64,000 bases of DNA from Polyangiaceae bacterium (GCA_965222375.1 CBDCTZ010000011.1:32001-96000); one strand, 5' to 3'; positions 37,429 through 47,767 are shown, counted from the first letter of the stretch. The notes: a model not told the origin generated them from the letters alone. Numbers and translations: made by a program.

Positions 37429-39399
37429 GTGCGCCAGGCAAAGCCTGGATGAGGAGGAGGTCAACTAGAGGAAAGTGAAAGAAACCTCATGCTGGGACCT
37501 TGCGGGTGACAAATCCCGCCCGGCCAAGGTGGACCACCAGCCGGAAGCGAGTCTTGCGTGGCCGTACGACCGCGAAAGCGGGAAGGAAAGCTGCGAAGCG
37601 TAGACAGCCAGCGTGTGGGCCGTGTGATTGAGCCCCGAAAGAAAATGCCTGTGGGTGCCGACGCCGTCGACCCAGAGCGGAAGGCAACATCGCTGCAGAA
37701 GAGAGTAGGGCGGTCAGCCCGAATGGTCCGATTGAATGCAGCGGACCCACCGGGGTCGATGAGCAAGGCACGCGCGCCAAGGTCCCCCAGGAACCTGGGA
37801 AATCCCGTCGTCTCCTTTCGCAAGGAAGGTACTGCCGATCGAAGGAATACGAAGTGACGCAGGACGGGCGGCGAGAAGGCCGAGCACTCCATAGTAGCCG
37901 TTGAAGCAGGGGAAGCGTCCAAGCGACCCTGTGGAGGGAAGGGAGTGCCGCACAACGGAACTGTTGGAGAGAAAGATGCCGGAGAAACCAAGCTCTATAA
38001 GTGTCTCAACGAAACTCAAACGGATAGCAGAGCTGGCGAAGCAAATGCCCGGGGTAGCGTTAACGTCGCTGTCCCATCACATCGATATCGAATGGTTGCG
38101 CGAAGCGCATAAACGCACGCGCAAGGGTGGCGCCCAGGGCGTCGACGGACAGACCGCGGCAGAGTATGCGGAAAACCTGGAGGAAAACCTCCAGTCGCTG
38201 CTCGACCGAGCGAAGTCCGGGACGTACCGAGCACCACCTGTGCGGCGAGTCCAAATTCCGAAGGCGGACGGAAAGCAGATGCGAGCCATCGGCATTCCGA
38301 CGTTTGAGGACAAGGTCTTGCAGCGGGCCATCGCAATGGTCTTGGAAGCGGTCTACGAGCAAGAATTCCTCGATTGCTCGTACGGCTTCCGGCCGGGACG
38401 GTCAGCACATGATGCGCTGGCCGTTGTGCAGCACGAGACGGTGAAGATGGGTGGTGGCTGGGTTTTGGAGGTCGACATTCGCAAGTTTTTCGACAGCCTG
38501 GACCGCGCCAAACTTCGGGAGGTGCTCCACCAGCGGGTGCGTGACGGAGTCGTGCTCCGATTGATAGGGAAGTGGCTGAAGGCAGGTGTGCAGGAGGATG
38601 GGTCGCTCAGCTATCCAGAAACCGGCACGCCACAAGGTGGTGTGATCTCACCAATGCTAGCGAACATCTTCTTACACGAGGTGCTCGACACCTGGTTTGA
38701 GCGTGACGTGAAACCACGACTGAAAGGTCGTGCGATTCTCGTCCGCTACGCCGACGACGTCGCCATGATGTTTTCGTGCGAAGAAGATGCGCGCCGCGTC
38801 ATGGCAGTACTGCCGAAGCGATTCGAAAAGTACGGTTTGACGTTGCATCCAGACAAGACGAGACTGGTTGAATTCCGCCGCCCGGACCGACGCCCACCTG
38901 ATGAAGGTGACGGACGTCCAGGCAGTTTCGAACTACTCGGCTTCACGCACTTCTGGGCAAAATCCCGGAAGGGCAACTGGGTGGTGAAGCAGAAGACCGC
39001 CAAGGACCGCTTGAGCCGTGCGTTAGCGCGCATCAACAAATGGTGCCAACGCTGCCGACACGACCCAATTCAAGAGCAGCGCGAGATGCTGAACAAGAAG
39101 TTGAAAGGTCACTTCGATTACTACGGAATCACCGGAAACTCGAAAGCGATTGGACACTTCCGGCATTGGACCGTCCGTCTGTGGCGCAAATGGCTCGACC
39201 GCCGCTCCTGGCGATCGCGCATGAACTGGTCGAAGATGAAATGCTTGCTGCAGCGATACCCGCTCCGGTCAGCGCGGATTCGACGACCAGTGCGCAGACT
39301 AAGCGTAGCGAATCCGTAGTGTGAGGAGCCGGATGCGGTAGTCCCGCACGTCCGGATCCGTGGGAGGCCTGGAAGGGAAACCGACCAGGCCCACCCGAG
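37429..39399 (+). mobile_element. group II intron (full length, IEP without endonuclease domain)
   Basis: 5' GTGCG; EBS1 CGACCC (37668-37673) complements the exon GGGTCG; domain V GAGCCGGATGCG..CGCACGTCCGGATC; domain VI with bulged A 39393. Confidence 0.92.
37976..39319 (+). CDS. ltrA: group II intron reverse transcriptase/maturase
   Basis: [27 protein letters not shown] domain; no HNH domain. Confidence 0.97.
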   Translation: MPEKPSSISVSTKLKRIAELAKQMPGVALTSLSHHIDIEWLREAHKRTRKGGAQGVDGQTAAEYAENLEENLQSLLDRAKSGTYRAPPVRRVQIPKADGKQMRAIGIPTFEDKVLQRAIAMVLEAVYEQEFLDCSYGFRPGRSAHDALAVVQHETVKMGGGWVLEVDIRKFFDSLDRAKLREVLHQRVRDGVVLRLIGKWLKAGVQEDGSLSYPETGTPQGGVISPMLANIFLHEVLDTWFERDVKPRLKGRAILVRYADDVAMMFSCEEDARRVMAVLPKRFEKYGLTLHPDKTRLVEFRRPDRRPPDEGDGRPGSFELLGFTHFWAKSRKGNWVVKQKTAKDRLSRALARINKWCQRCRHDPIQEQREMLNKKLKGHFDYYGITGNSKAIGHFRHWTVRLWRKWLDRRSWRSRMNWSKMKCLLQRYPLRSARIRRPVRRLSVANP

Positions 39400-39427
39400 C
39401 GGGGTTGGGGCAGCCAGGGGCCCTAAT

Positions 39428-39524
39428 CTCGCGCTTCCGCGCGCGAGGGCGCCGTTCCGTGCTGCTGGCGCTGAGCACCTTGTTCACGCTCGCACCTCCG
39501 CGCGCGAGGGCGCCGTCGTGCTAC
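39428..39524 (+). repeat. ~37-bp imperfect direct repeat x2 (61-bp period)
   Basis: TCCGCGCGCGAGGGCGCCGT identical at 39436 and 39497. Confidence 0.75.
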
Positions 39525-39542
39525 GGGCCCACTGAGGCGTGC

Positions 39543-40223
39543 CTAGATCCAGTCAAATGCGTTGGTGACCGCAAGCTTGGCGCCAGAGTCGACGACGCTG
39601 CCGTGGGCCATGATGGCGCGATCGAATTGCCAATCAAGCATGATGTCGACAGAAGTCTTGAGCTTGCCGCGATCCCTCATGAGCAGGTACTTGAAACTGC
39701 GAGGCGCGGCGAGCTGGTCGTAAGCGCCGTCGAGCTTGAGCATCCAGCGTGTGGGCGCGTGGTCTTCGACGCGGCCCATGTTGAAGAAGAGGTCCGTCGC
39801 GATGAGCGTTTGACTTCCGCGATGGCAGAACAGGAGCTCGTTCATTATGGGTGCTCCACCAACCAGGGTGCAATCGAACTCGGACGCCCACTCGCTTATC
39901 CCCGTCGACAGCTCGCTGGTGAACGAAACGTCGGGTCGCTTGGTTTGCAGACCCGGGCAGCAGAATGTTTCGGCTTGCGGGTACGCGGCGACGAAGCTCA
40001 AGACGTACAGGTGATGGAATCGATTGGGTGCGACGATCCAGCGCACGTTGCCCAAGGCGTCGAGCTCTTGCTTCAGGGTATCGTCGAGCTCCACGGGTGA
40101 ATGCACCCACAAGGCGTCATCGATGCGAACGACCGTCATGCGCGTTCCCATCTCGAAGCCGAAGAATCGCAGCGGGCGTTCCGTGCGCCAGATGTTGTCT
40201 GCCACCTTGGATAGCTGGGACAC
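39543..40223 (-). CDS. DUF4336 family protein
   Basis: GTRMTVVR, LWVHSP, APNRFHH, TLIATD, MAHG. Confidence 0.88.
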   Translation of the reverse strand: MSQLSKVADNIWRTERPLRFFGFEMGTRMTVVRIDDALWVHSPVELDDTLKQELDALGNVRWIVAPNRFHHLYVLSFVAAYPQAETFCCPGLQTKRPDVSFTSELSTGISEWASEFDCTLVGGAPIMNELLFCHRGSQTLIATDLFFNMGRVEDHAPTRWMLKLDGAYDQLAAPRSFKYLLMRDRGKLKTSVDIMLDWQFDRAIMAHGSVVDSGAKLAVTNAFDWI

Positions 40224-40280
40224 AGGCGGATGGTAGATCGCATACTTGATCTACATCAAGCTTGCCGGGGGCGGATGAGT

Positions 40281-40393
40281 TCGACATGATGAAGCTCGCA
40301 CCTGAGCTTGGCGTTCGTGCGCGCCGGCCCCAGGTCGATATGATGAAGCTCGCATCCGAGTTTGGCGTTCGTGCGCACTGGCCCTGATCGATC
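40281..40393. repeat. 54/53-bp tandem duplication
   Basis: TCGAYATGATGAAGCTCGCAYCYGAGYTTGGCGTTCGTGCGC.. twice, plus the start of a third unit. Confidence 0.85.
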
Positions 40394-40420
40394 TAGCGTA
40401 GGGGGAAGGCGAGGTGAGGC

Positions 40421-40657
40421 ATGAGCGACCAACCTGAAAGCGATCCACACCCACACGTGAAATTGAAGCAGCTACGCTGCCGTCGCACCGGCCAGATGTA
40501 CACGGTGGAAAAGCACGTCGAGTGCCCGTATTGCTCTGGTGACGCTGAGACTATCAAGCGTGACGGTGACTACAAGAACTTCTGCGAGTTCAAAGCCGGC
40601 GAGGACGCGATCCACTTCGGCTTTCCGGAGGGTAGTTCTCGCAATCAAAAGGGCTGA
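40421..40657 (+). CDS. small protein with possible Zn ligands
   Basis: RBS GAGG; C..., H..CPYC, ...C. Confidence 0.75.
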   Translation: MSDQPESDPHPHVKLKQLRCRRTGQMYTVEKHVECPYCSGDAETIKRDGDYKNFCEFKAGEDAIHFGFPEGSSRNQKG

Positions 40658-40746
40658 CGCGCCGCTAGCCTGAGCGCTCAACCGTCATCCATCATCTTCG
40701 TTTAGCGCGAGGTGGATCGGGGTTGCCGTCTGTGTGCGGCTGCCGG

Positions 40747-43117
40747 ATGGTCGGCCCTGTGACGACTGCGGAGCTGCTCTTGGGAACCCAGCGCGAGACG
40801 CGCGCGCCGGTGTCGCTTCCGGCGACCACGCTGTTGCGCCACCTCATGGCCCTTGGCTCCAGTGGGTCGGGCAAGACAGTGTTTTGCAAGGTTGTCGTGG
40901 AGGAGTTGGTGCGCGCCGGCATTCCGACCATCTGCGTCGACCCCCAAGGTGACTTGTGTAGCCTGGTATCCGGCGCCCTGAGCGACGACGAGCTGCGTGA
41001 ACGCGGCTTGGAGCCAGCCCTTGCGGCGGAGTTTCGACAGAAGGCTGACGTGGTCATCTACACGCCCGCGTCGGCGAAAGGCGTCCCGCTTTGCGCCGAC
41101 CCTGTGGATCCAGGTCTGGAGGGTCTGCCCCCGTCCGAGCGCCTGGCGGCGGTGACTCGCACGGCCAGCATGGTCACGGCGCTGCTTGGATTCGACGTGG
41201 ATGGCGACGACGGTGCTGGCCTGACAGCGGTGTTGGATGCAGTGCTGCAGCGGTTGCTCGATAGTGGGCAGCAGCTGAACCTGGCCAGCTTGACCGAAGC
41301 GCTGACGAAGGCAGATCACAGCGAGCTCGAGCGCTATCTGGATGCTCGCAAGATCCGCACGGCTTGCCAGCGCCTTGCGCGACTCGATGTCGGTGCTCGG
41401 CGGCTTTTGTTCCACCAGGGCGTACCCATCGACATCGATCAACTCGTGGGCACAGAAGGAGGCGAGCCGTGCAAGACGCGCGTCAGTGTGATCTACTTGA
41501 ACACCTTGCACAGTCAGGAGGACAAAGACTTCCTGGTCGCCGCGCTCGTAGATCGGCTTTACGCTTGGATGCTGGCGCATCCCAGCCCGACACCACAGCT
41601 GTTGTTCTACATTGACGAGGTGAGCCCGTTCATTCCCCCGGTGAGGAAGCCGGCGTGTAAGGACGGGCTTGCCCTGCTCTTCAAACAAGCGCGCAAGTAC
41701 GGAGTATGCTGTTTGATGGCGACGCAGAACCCGGGTGACGTCGACTACCGAGCCATGGCGCAGTTTGGAACCTGGGCCCTGGGCAGGCTGACCACGCGCC
41801 AAGACTTGAAGAAACTGGAGCCGACCATCAAGTCCGTGGATCCGGTTTCGTCGGAAGCTGTGATGGCTTGCTTGCCAAGCTTGGCTCCGGGCGAGTTGAC
41901 GTTGCTGTCGCCCGACAACTTCTCGCAGGCCGTTCCCCTGAAGACTCGCTGGCTCTTTACGGATCACTCCACCTTTGACGAAGAGCGGATCGAGGAAGTA
42001 GCGGATGAGCGCTGGCGCGAACGATTCGCCTTCCCGGCGGCTGATGCTGCTCGCAAGCCGTCGATCAAGCAGGCTTCCGTCGCCGGGGAGGGGACTGGTT
42101 CGGCCAGAAGCGCTGGCCCGAAGTCAGCCGCGGTCGTGGCCGCCGAGGCAGAGTTGCGATCGAAGCCATCTGTGAAGGAAGCGCCCGCCGCGACAACCGC
42201 TGAAGCTCGGGGGGGCGCGAAAACGGTGGCCATGACCGCTCCCGTGGCGGCCGCGTCGAATCCGAAACAGCCAGAAGCGTCACGGAAACCTGCGGTGGGC
42301 TCCGCCCGACCAAGCTCTGCAAGCAGTGGAGCGCGAGCTGTCGGTTCGCGAATCTGCATCAGTCAAAGAACTGGCCGTGCCCCTGAGCATGTCGGAGAAG
42401 AAGGTCCGTGGGTTGCTCAAGCAACTGGTCGCGCGTGGTGTAGCGTCCGAGTTCAAACAAGGCCGTGGGATGCGCTACCACCTGGTGGCCCTTGGCGGCC
42501 GACCTGATCTCGGCCTGCCGAGTCGCGTGCTCGCCGTGACCGCACGCATCGATCAAGCAACCGCGGCCAGCCTGGCTCGTGACCACGCGCGAAGCCGCTT
42601 GTTGGGATTGATCGGGGCGGACGAGACCCTGGTCCACCTGCGCCTCGTGCATCGGTTGCTGTATAAACTCGACTTCCGCGAACACGTAGAGCGCGGGCTG
42701 CTCGGCCGAATCGTCGGTGGGCGCGAGGACGAGCGTCTAGGGAGCGTGTACGTGCACCCGCAGACCCTGGAGCTGCTGGTTCTCGATCTCAGGGCCGGTA
42801 TTCGATTCGCCAGTGCGCCGGACCAGGAGCATGCCGGGGACGTTCCGGATCTCGATGGCGTCGCGGCCTTCACCCATGCCCCGCCGTCACAGCTCGTGTT
42901 CGATGAGCAAGAGTGGGCTGGCCGCAGGGGACCCAAAGAGGTCGCCGAGAGCTTTCACCACCGTTACTCCGCCCGCTGTGAAGCAGTCACTCCGCTGTTC
43001 TTGCCGCTCTGGGAGTTGACGTTCCAACAGGATAGCGGGGCTCGCTACCGTGTCATCAACCTCGATGCCCTGCTTGGTCAGCCGGTATCCTGGCCGCGCT
43101 TGGATGGTTCGAACTAG
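40747..43117 (+). pseudogene. HerA/FtsK-like (DUF87/DUF853) ATPase + wHTH + C-terminal domain, split by a +1 frameshift near 42298 (may be a sequence error)
   Basis: GSSGSGKT, FYIDE, RKYG..ATQNP.D; removing one G from GTGGGC joins the frames as AVAPPDQALQAVERE. Confidence 0.75.
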
Positions 43118-43212
43118 CTCGCTCCGAGCGCAAACCACCCCAACCGCGGCGTCCAAATCGAAGATTTCCCGCGGGTCTCTACATCGCAGCGGCCGGCGCG
43201 CTGCCCGTTGCG

Positions 43213-43443
43213 TCAGGCAGATTGCACCAGGGCCGGAGCTGATACCTGGGGCAGCAAACTCAGGCCCTTGGCCGCCTCTGGCTCGTCGCTATACGCGAGA
43301 AAGACGGCAGCAAACGCGATGAAGAGTGCGACGACCAAACCCACCAAGATCGCGACCAGTTTCACGTTTCGCCGGACTTTCAGCGTGTGCAGAGAGTGGC
43401 GAATGTCGTCGTCTAGCGAGTTGTGTTCAGCAGTATGAGCCAT
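43213..43443 (-). CDS. small membrane protein
   Basis: RBS AGGAG; single TM helix. Confidence 0.65.
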   Translation of the reverse strand: MAHTAEHNSLDDDIRHSLHTLKVRRNVKLVAILVGLVVALFIAFAAVFLAYSDEPEAAKGLSLLPQVSAPALVQSA

Positions 43444-43577
43444 GCCTTAGACTCCTTTCGGCTCATACAAGCTGGGTCCGCAGCCGAACCACGGCAACAC
43501 GAAGAGTTTGCGCGATTTCCGGTTCAGCGAGGGCGGAACGCGGTCAGTGAACGCCAACCCTGACGAAATTCAGAGCA

Positions 43578-44750
43578 TCAGCCCGCAGCCTTTTCGAGCG
43601 CGGTGAGAGCGCGCTCGATACCGGCTCGGCGGTGGGGGACGTAGCTCAGCATGAAGTAGACAACCCAGATGCCAACCACCGTTGAAGCTGTGACCAGAAG
43701 AGCCCAGCGCCAAGCGCGGTTCTTCTTGCGGCGTGCCCTGCGGAGCCGCCGAGTTCCCCACAGCCCAACGCCGAAGCAGACCGCCAAGGAGGCGTAGCTC
43801 GCGTAGCGCTGTCGGCGAGTGCGGCGAAGGTTGTTGCGCAACACCTGCTCCGCCTGCCCCCGAAGCATGGCATCGAAGGGACCTGGCGTGACCGCAGTGG
43901 GTGCGTCGTTGGACTTCTTGGTGACGGCAATGCGCATGAACACGGCGCGATGGTCACTGAGCCGGCGCTTGCTGCCGTCGCTCAAAGCTACTGGGACATG
44001 CAACACGCGTTTCATCTCCAAGCCCTTGACGGCAAGTTGCTCGCCGTCGCGCAGCAGTACTTGGTCCACGCGCCAACGGCCTTCCGGCAACCGCACGCCG
44101 GCTTGCTGGCGTAGTACCCGGCAACTGACTGAATGCGGGCGGGCGTTGAAGTCGCCCCCAAGAATCAGGGGCAAAGTAGTATCCCTGAGCCAGCTGGCCA
44201 TCTCGAGGGATTGAGCAATGCGCACAGACTCGTAGCTGCCGGTTTGGTAGCTAGCCTGAAAGTGCGTGTTGACGAAGCGTACCAGGCCTATGGGCGTCTC
44301 GAGCTGCACGTCCAGGGCGCCCTTTCTACCGATCCAGTCCAAGTGGTAGGGGGTGTGCGGGCGTCGGCCTAGGGAGAAGCTGTGGCGCCTGGATGCCCTG
44401 ATCGGGAATCGGGACGCGATGATCATGCCCGAGCTGTCGTAGGCGATGGGATTGGAGGTGGCCGCACGGAAGACGTGAGCCAGTCCCTGCTTGCGCAGCG
44501 AGTCTTCCAGACTAGCCGAGTCTCGCTCTGCCCAGACTTCTTGGAGCATGACGACGTCGGGTTTCAGCTCGCCGATCTTCTCGGGCAAGCGTTCGAGACG
44601 CTCGGAGCGGGCAGGTGCAGTGAGGGGCACCATGTAGACGTTGTAGCTGACGACGCGGATCTCGAGGGTCTCGGCGTGCGCAGGCCTCGTGGACAGCAGT
44701 GCGGCCAACGACAGCAGGCTGGCCGAGACGACTAGGAATAGGTGCCGCAC
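43578..44750 (-). CDS. endonuclease/exonuclease/phosphatase family protein, neutral sphingomyelinase-like, two C-terminal TMs
   Basis: SYNV, LQEVW, NTH, GDFN, LSDH. Confidence 0.85.
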   Translation of the reverse strand: MRHLFLVVSASLLSLAALLSTRPAHAETLEIRVVSYNVYMVPLTAPARSERLERLPEKIGELKPDVVMLQEVWAERDSASLEDSLRKQGLAHVFRAATSNPIAYDSSGMIIASRFPIRASRRHSFSLGRRPHTPYHLDWIGRKGALDVQLETPIGLVRFVNTHFQASYQTGSYESVRIAQSLEMASWLRDTTLPLILGGDFNARPHSVSCRVLRQQAGVRLPEGRWRVDQVLLRDGEQLAVKGLEMKRVLHVPVALSDGSKRRLSDHRAVFMRIAVTKKSNDAPTAVTPGPFDAMLRGQAEQVLRNNLRRTRRQRYASYASLAVCFGVGLWGTRRLRRARRKKNRAWRWALLVTASTVVGIWVVYFMLSYVPHRRAGIERALTALEKAAG

Positions 44751-44807
44751 TCTCGTCGAAGCTCAGAAGCGGCGGGGATCGTGATGCGCGTAAGCGCATC
44801 GCCTAGA

Positions 44808-46097
44808 TCAGGGCAAGGGGTTCTCAAATGAGTCCTGCTCCACCCCTTGCTGATTGAACATGCGGCCCTTGAGCGAGGTCGGGCCAAACTCGAGCAGCGT
44901 GAAGTTGTAGTACTCACCCTTCGTTATTCTCATGGCGCAGGTGGGCCGATCGATATTTTCGTCCAGATCATGTAGCGCCGCTCCACCGCCACCAGCGGTG
45001 ATGTAGGTCAGCGTTTTGCCCGGATCCGCTGCGTGGGGCACTTCGAAGCGCTCGTAGCCGTGCACATGCCCTTGCACCACGAGGGTCACTCCGTGCTTTT
45101 CGAACAGGGGCTGATACAGCGCGCGCGACCCGCTCTTTTGACTGGTGGGGCCACAGGTCAGGAACGGACGGTGGAAGAAGACCACCGACGCCCGGTAGCC
45201 AGGCTGGGACGCCGCGTCCGCCAGTTGCTTTTCGAACCAAGTGAACTGGGCCGAGCCAGCGTCCATGTCGTCTTCGGTGTTGAGTGCGAAGAACCAAATG
45301 CCTCCACTGTTGATTCGATAGTAGTCGTCGGTGCCGTCGAAGCCCGCCTTGCCAAAGAAGCGCACGTAGTATTGTTCATACTCGTCGGGCTTTTCGAACT
45401 CGTGATTGCCCAAAGACGGGAAGAACGCTCCCTGTTGGAACATCGGCATCATCAACGGAAACCACGAGTTCCAGGTCTCGAGTATCGAGAGGTAGTACTG
45501 GATGTCGCCACCGTGGATGGTGAAGTCGTAGTCGTGCTTGGCGGCTTCGAGCACCAGGTCGTTGGTTCCGCCCAGCGCCGCGTTGGTGTCGGCAATCACC
45601 AAGACTTTGAAACTGTCTCCGGATTTGCGTGCCGTACAAAAGCGACCCTTCAGGGTCGAGTCTTCTGCGAGCTCGTAGGTGTAGCAGGTCGCTGGCGCTA
45701 GAGAGTTGAGGGCCAGTTCGTGCATGTAGTAGGTGCCCGCCTGGTCCGGCGGCGCGTTCACATTGAGACTGACGTAGGTGTTGTCGACCACGAAGGGCGT
45801 CGCCGTCGCATCGTGTTGCGTGGGCGAGCCCCCAGCCTCAGGGGTCACGGTCACGCCTGTCTTGCCGTCCTCGCGGCATGCTTCCCAACGCAAGATCGCG
45901 GAGCCGTCGTCCACGCCCATGACCCAGGGGCCCTTGCTCACAGCAGTCGAGCCGTTGCACAGCCCACCTCCGTCGCCATCGGCTTGCCCTTCTGCACCAG
46001 CATCAGAAGGTGGTGGTGATTTCTCCCCTTCTTCGCTGTCAGAACAGGTGAGAAGTAGCAATCCGCCCGCTAATAGGCTCCACGCCAAACGCCGCAT
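44808..46097 (-). CDS. purple-acid-phosphatase-like metallophosphoesterase lipoprotein
   Basis: ADT, GDIQY, GNHE, GHVH.YER; lipobox LLTC. Confidence 0.9.
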   Translation of the reverse strand: MRRLAWSLLAGGLLLLTCSDSEEGEKSPPPSDAGAEGQADGDGGGLCNGSTAVSKGPWVMGVDDGSAILRWEACREDGKTGVTVTPEAGGSPTQHDATATPFVVDNTYVSLNVNAPPDQAGTYYMHELALNSLAPATCYTYELAEDSTLKGRFCTARKSGDSFKVLVIADTNAALGGTNDLVLEAAKHDYDFTIHGGDIQYYLSILETWNSWFPLMMPMFQQGAFFPSLGNHEFEKPDEYEQYYVRFFGKAGFDGTDDYYRINSGGIWFFALNTEDDMDAGSAQFTWFEKQLADAASQPGYRASVVFFHRPFLTCGPTSQKSGSRALYQPLFEKHGVTLVVQGHVHGYERFEVPHAADPGKTLTYITAGGGGAALHDLDENIDRPTCAMRITKGEYYNFTLLEFGPTSLKGRMFNQQGVEQDSFENPLP

Positions 46098-46118
46098 TGG
46101 GCTCAGCGTACCACGGGG

Positions 46119-46937
46119 TCAGAGCGTGGGTTGCAGTGTCGCGCTCAGTCGCAGCAAGGTCCCGACGGCTCTGCCCTCATCGCCGGAGGTCGGGTTGCGA
46201 AAGTCTGACCAGGCTCCGCTCGAGCGTTCACGGACGAAACCGACCAAGTCGACGCCCCAAACCGCATCTCGCGAGCCCATTACGGTGACGCCGCCACCCA
46301 AACGCAGGCCGTAGTAGAACGGCGTCTCTGCCACATCGTCCTTCTTCGTCCAGGCCCAGGCCATGCCGGCGCCCGCGAGCATGTGTCCGTGGAACTCACC
46401 ACCCCGGTAGAAGAAGTAGAGGAAGTCGAGGGCTAGTGGGATTTCGGTGCGCTTGGCCCCCAGGGCGTCTTTTCCGTAGAGGATGTCCACGCTGCTTTCG
46501 AAAGCGATGTGCCGAGCGGTATAGCGACGGACCGCGAAACCCACGCCCCCCATGATCGGAGCGAGGTAGGTGGCCCGGGCCGTGTATCCCCAGGTGTACA
46601 GGTCGTCCCAGGGGTTCCAGTCGTCGCCGGTCTTCAGCGGATAGGGACAATCGTAGTTGCTCTGTGTACGCGGGGCGCCGTAGTAGCAATCAGGCCCGTA
46701 AGAGAAATCGTATTCACCGTCTTCGATGGCCACGGCTCGCCGACGGGCTTGTCGAGCTCGCTCTTCTTGGCGTTTCGCTTCTTCGCTCTTCTCGCCAGGG
46801 AGGAAGCTCGATGGCGGCTCGTTGGCCGGCGGCATGAGGGATTCATCCTCGAGGTCCAGGTAGGGTCGCGCTGATGCCTCCCTGGCTGCGCCGAGCAGGG
46901 TGAGGCCGAGACAGGCCGCTGTTGTGATGCCACGCAC
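46119..46937 (-). CDS. outer-membrane beta-barrel protein
   Basis: Signal peptide; amphipathic strands. Confidence 0.65.
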   Translation of the reverse strand: MRGITTAACLGLTLLGAAREASARPYLDLEDESLMPPANEPPSSFLPGEKSEEAKRQEERARQARRRAVAIEDGEYDFSYGPDCYYGAPRTQSNYDCPYPLKTGDDWNPWDDLYTWGYTARATYLAPIMGGVGFAVRRYTARHIAFESSVDILYGKDALGAKRTEIPLALDFLYFFYRGGEFHGHMLAGAGMAWAWTKKDDVAETPFYYGLRLGGGVTVMGSRDAVWGVDLVGFVRERSSGAWSDFRNPTSGDEGRAVGTLLRLSATLQPTL

Positions 46938-47072
46938 GTGGAAGATGGCAGCAACCAACGTGCCAATACTCGGCGGTGTTGTACGCAAGACGATCTTCGA
47001 CCCCTCGACGTAGCTGAGCTTGGGCCTGCGGCGCGGTGCCCCCACCTTTGGGGCTTCGCCGCCACGCACAGC

Positions 47073-47639
47073 TCAGGACTGGGGCTTGCACACCATCATG
47101 CAGTCGTCGCAGCCCGGGCAGCTGGAGCCGCAACCGCAAATGGTGCCCACCGGGCATCCGGCCGCTGGATCGCACGGTGGCGCGCACGCGGGCGCCTCGC
47201 TGAAGTAGACGCAGGACATGCCTGGGTGGCAGGTGGTCGCGGTGCACGGGTCGTTGATGCTCGCAGCGGCACAGGACTTTACGCACTGCTCGATGCTTTC
47301 GAAGTTGTTGGCGTTGCCGCCGCAACCACCGTAGGTGAATTGTTCGCACTTGCCGGACTGGGTGTTGAACCACCAGCGCGGGATCGCTGCCAGACAGTTG
47401 CCGGGCTCCTTGGGCAACTGGCAATCTTGGGAACCGCCACCGCCGGTCCCGGAGCTGCCACCTGTGCCGGAGCTTGCACCCGTGCCGGAGCTTGCACCCG
47501 TGCCTGGGTTGCCGCCGGTTCCGGCACTCGCACCCGTTCCCGCGCCGCCGCCACTTCCGTCCGAGGTGCTCTGCCCGGAGCAGCCAGTGGCGATAGCAGC
47601 GCCAAAGACGATCAACGCGCTCAGTCGGCCCAATTGCAT
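47073..47639 (-). CDS. BPTI/Kunitz-domain lipoprotein
   Basis: C..P..GNC.....W.FN....C..F.YGGC.GN.NNF.....C...C. Confidence 0.93.
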   Translation of the reverse strand: MQLGRLSALIVFGAAIATGCSGQSTSDGSGGGAGTGASAGTGGNPGTGASSGTGASSGTGGSSGTGGGGSQDCQLPKEPGNCLAAIPRWWFNTQSGKCEQFTYGGCGGNANNFESIEQCVKSCAAASINDPCTATTCHPGMSCVYFSEAPACAPPCDPAAGCPVGTICGCGSSCPGCDDCMMVCKPQS

Positions 47640-47767
47640 GCGCCAATCATGACAGCGGTTCGCGGCTCAGGCGAGGGGCTCCAGGGCGAGGGCGGGTTCA
47701 GCTAGCCACGTTCCAAGGATTCTCGGCGGAAGCTGTGCGAAACGGCGGGTCCGCGCTACGCTGTGGC

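Noticed and set aside
37976..39319. RT as a retron, DGR or defence RT
   Set aside because: It is flanked by group II domains I-VI and has an X domain; no TR/VR pair or msr-msd was seen.
39428..40393. Repeat pairs as mini-CRISPR arrays
   Set aside because: Only two diverged units each, no spacer series and no cas genes.
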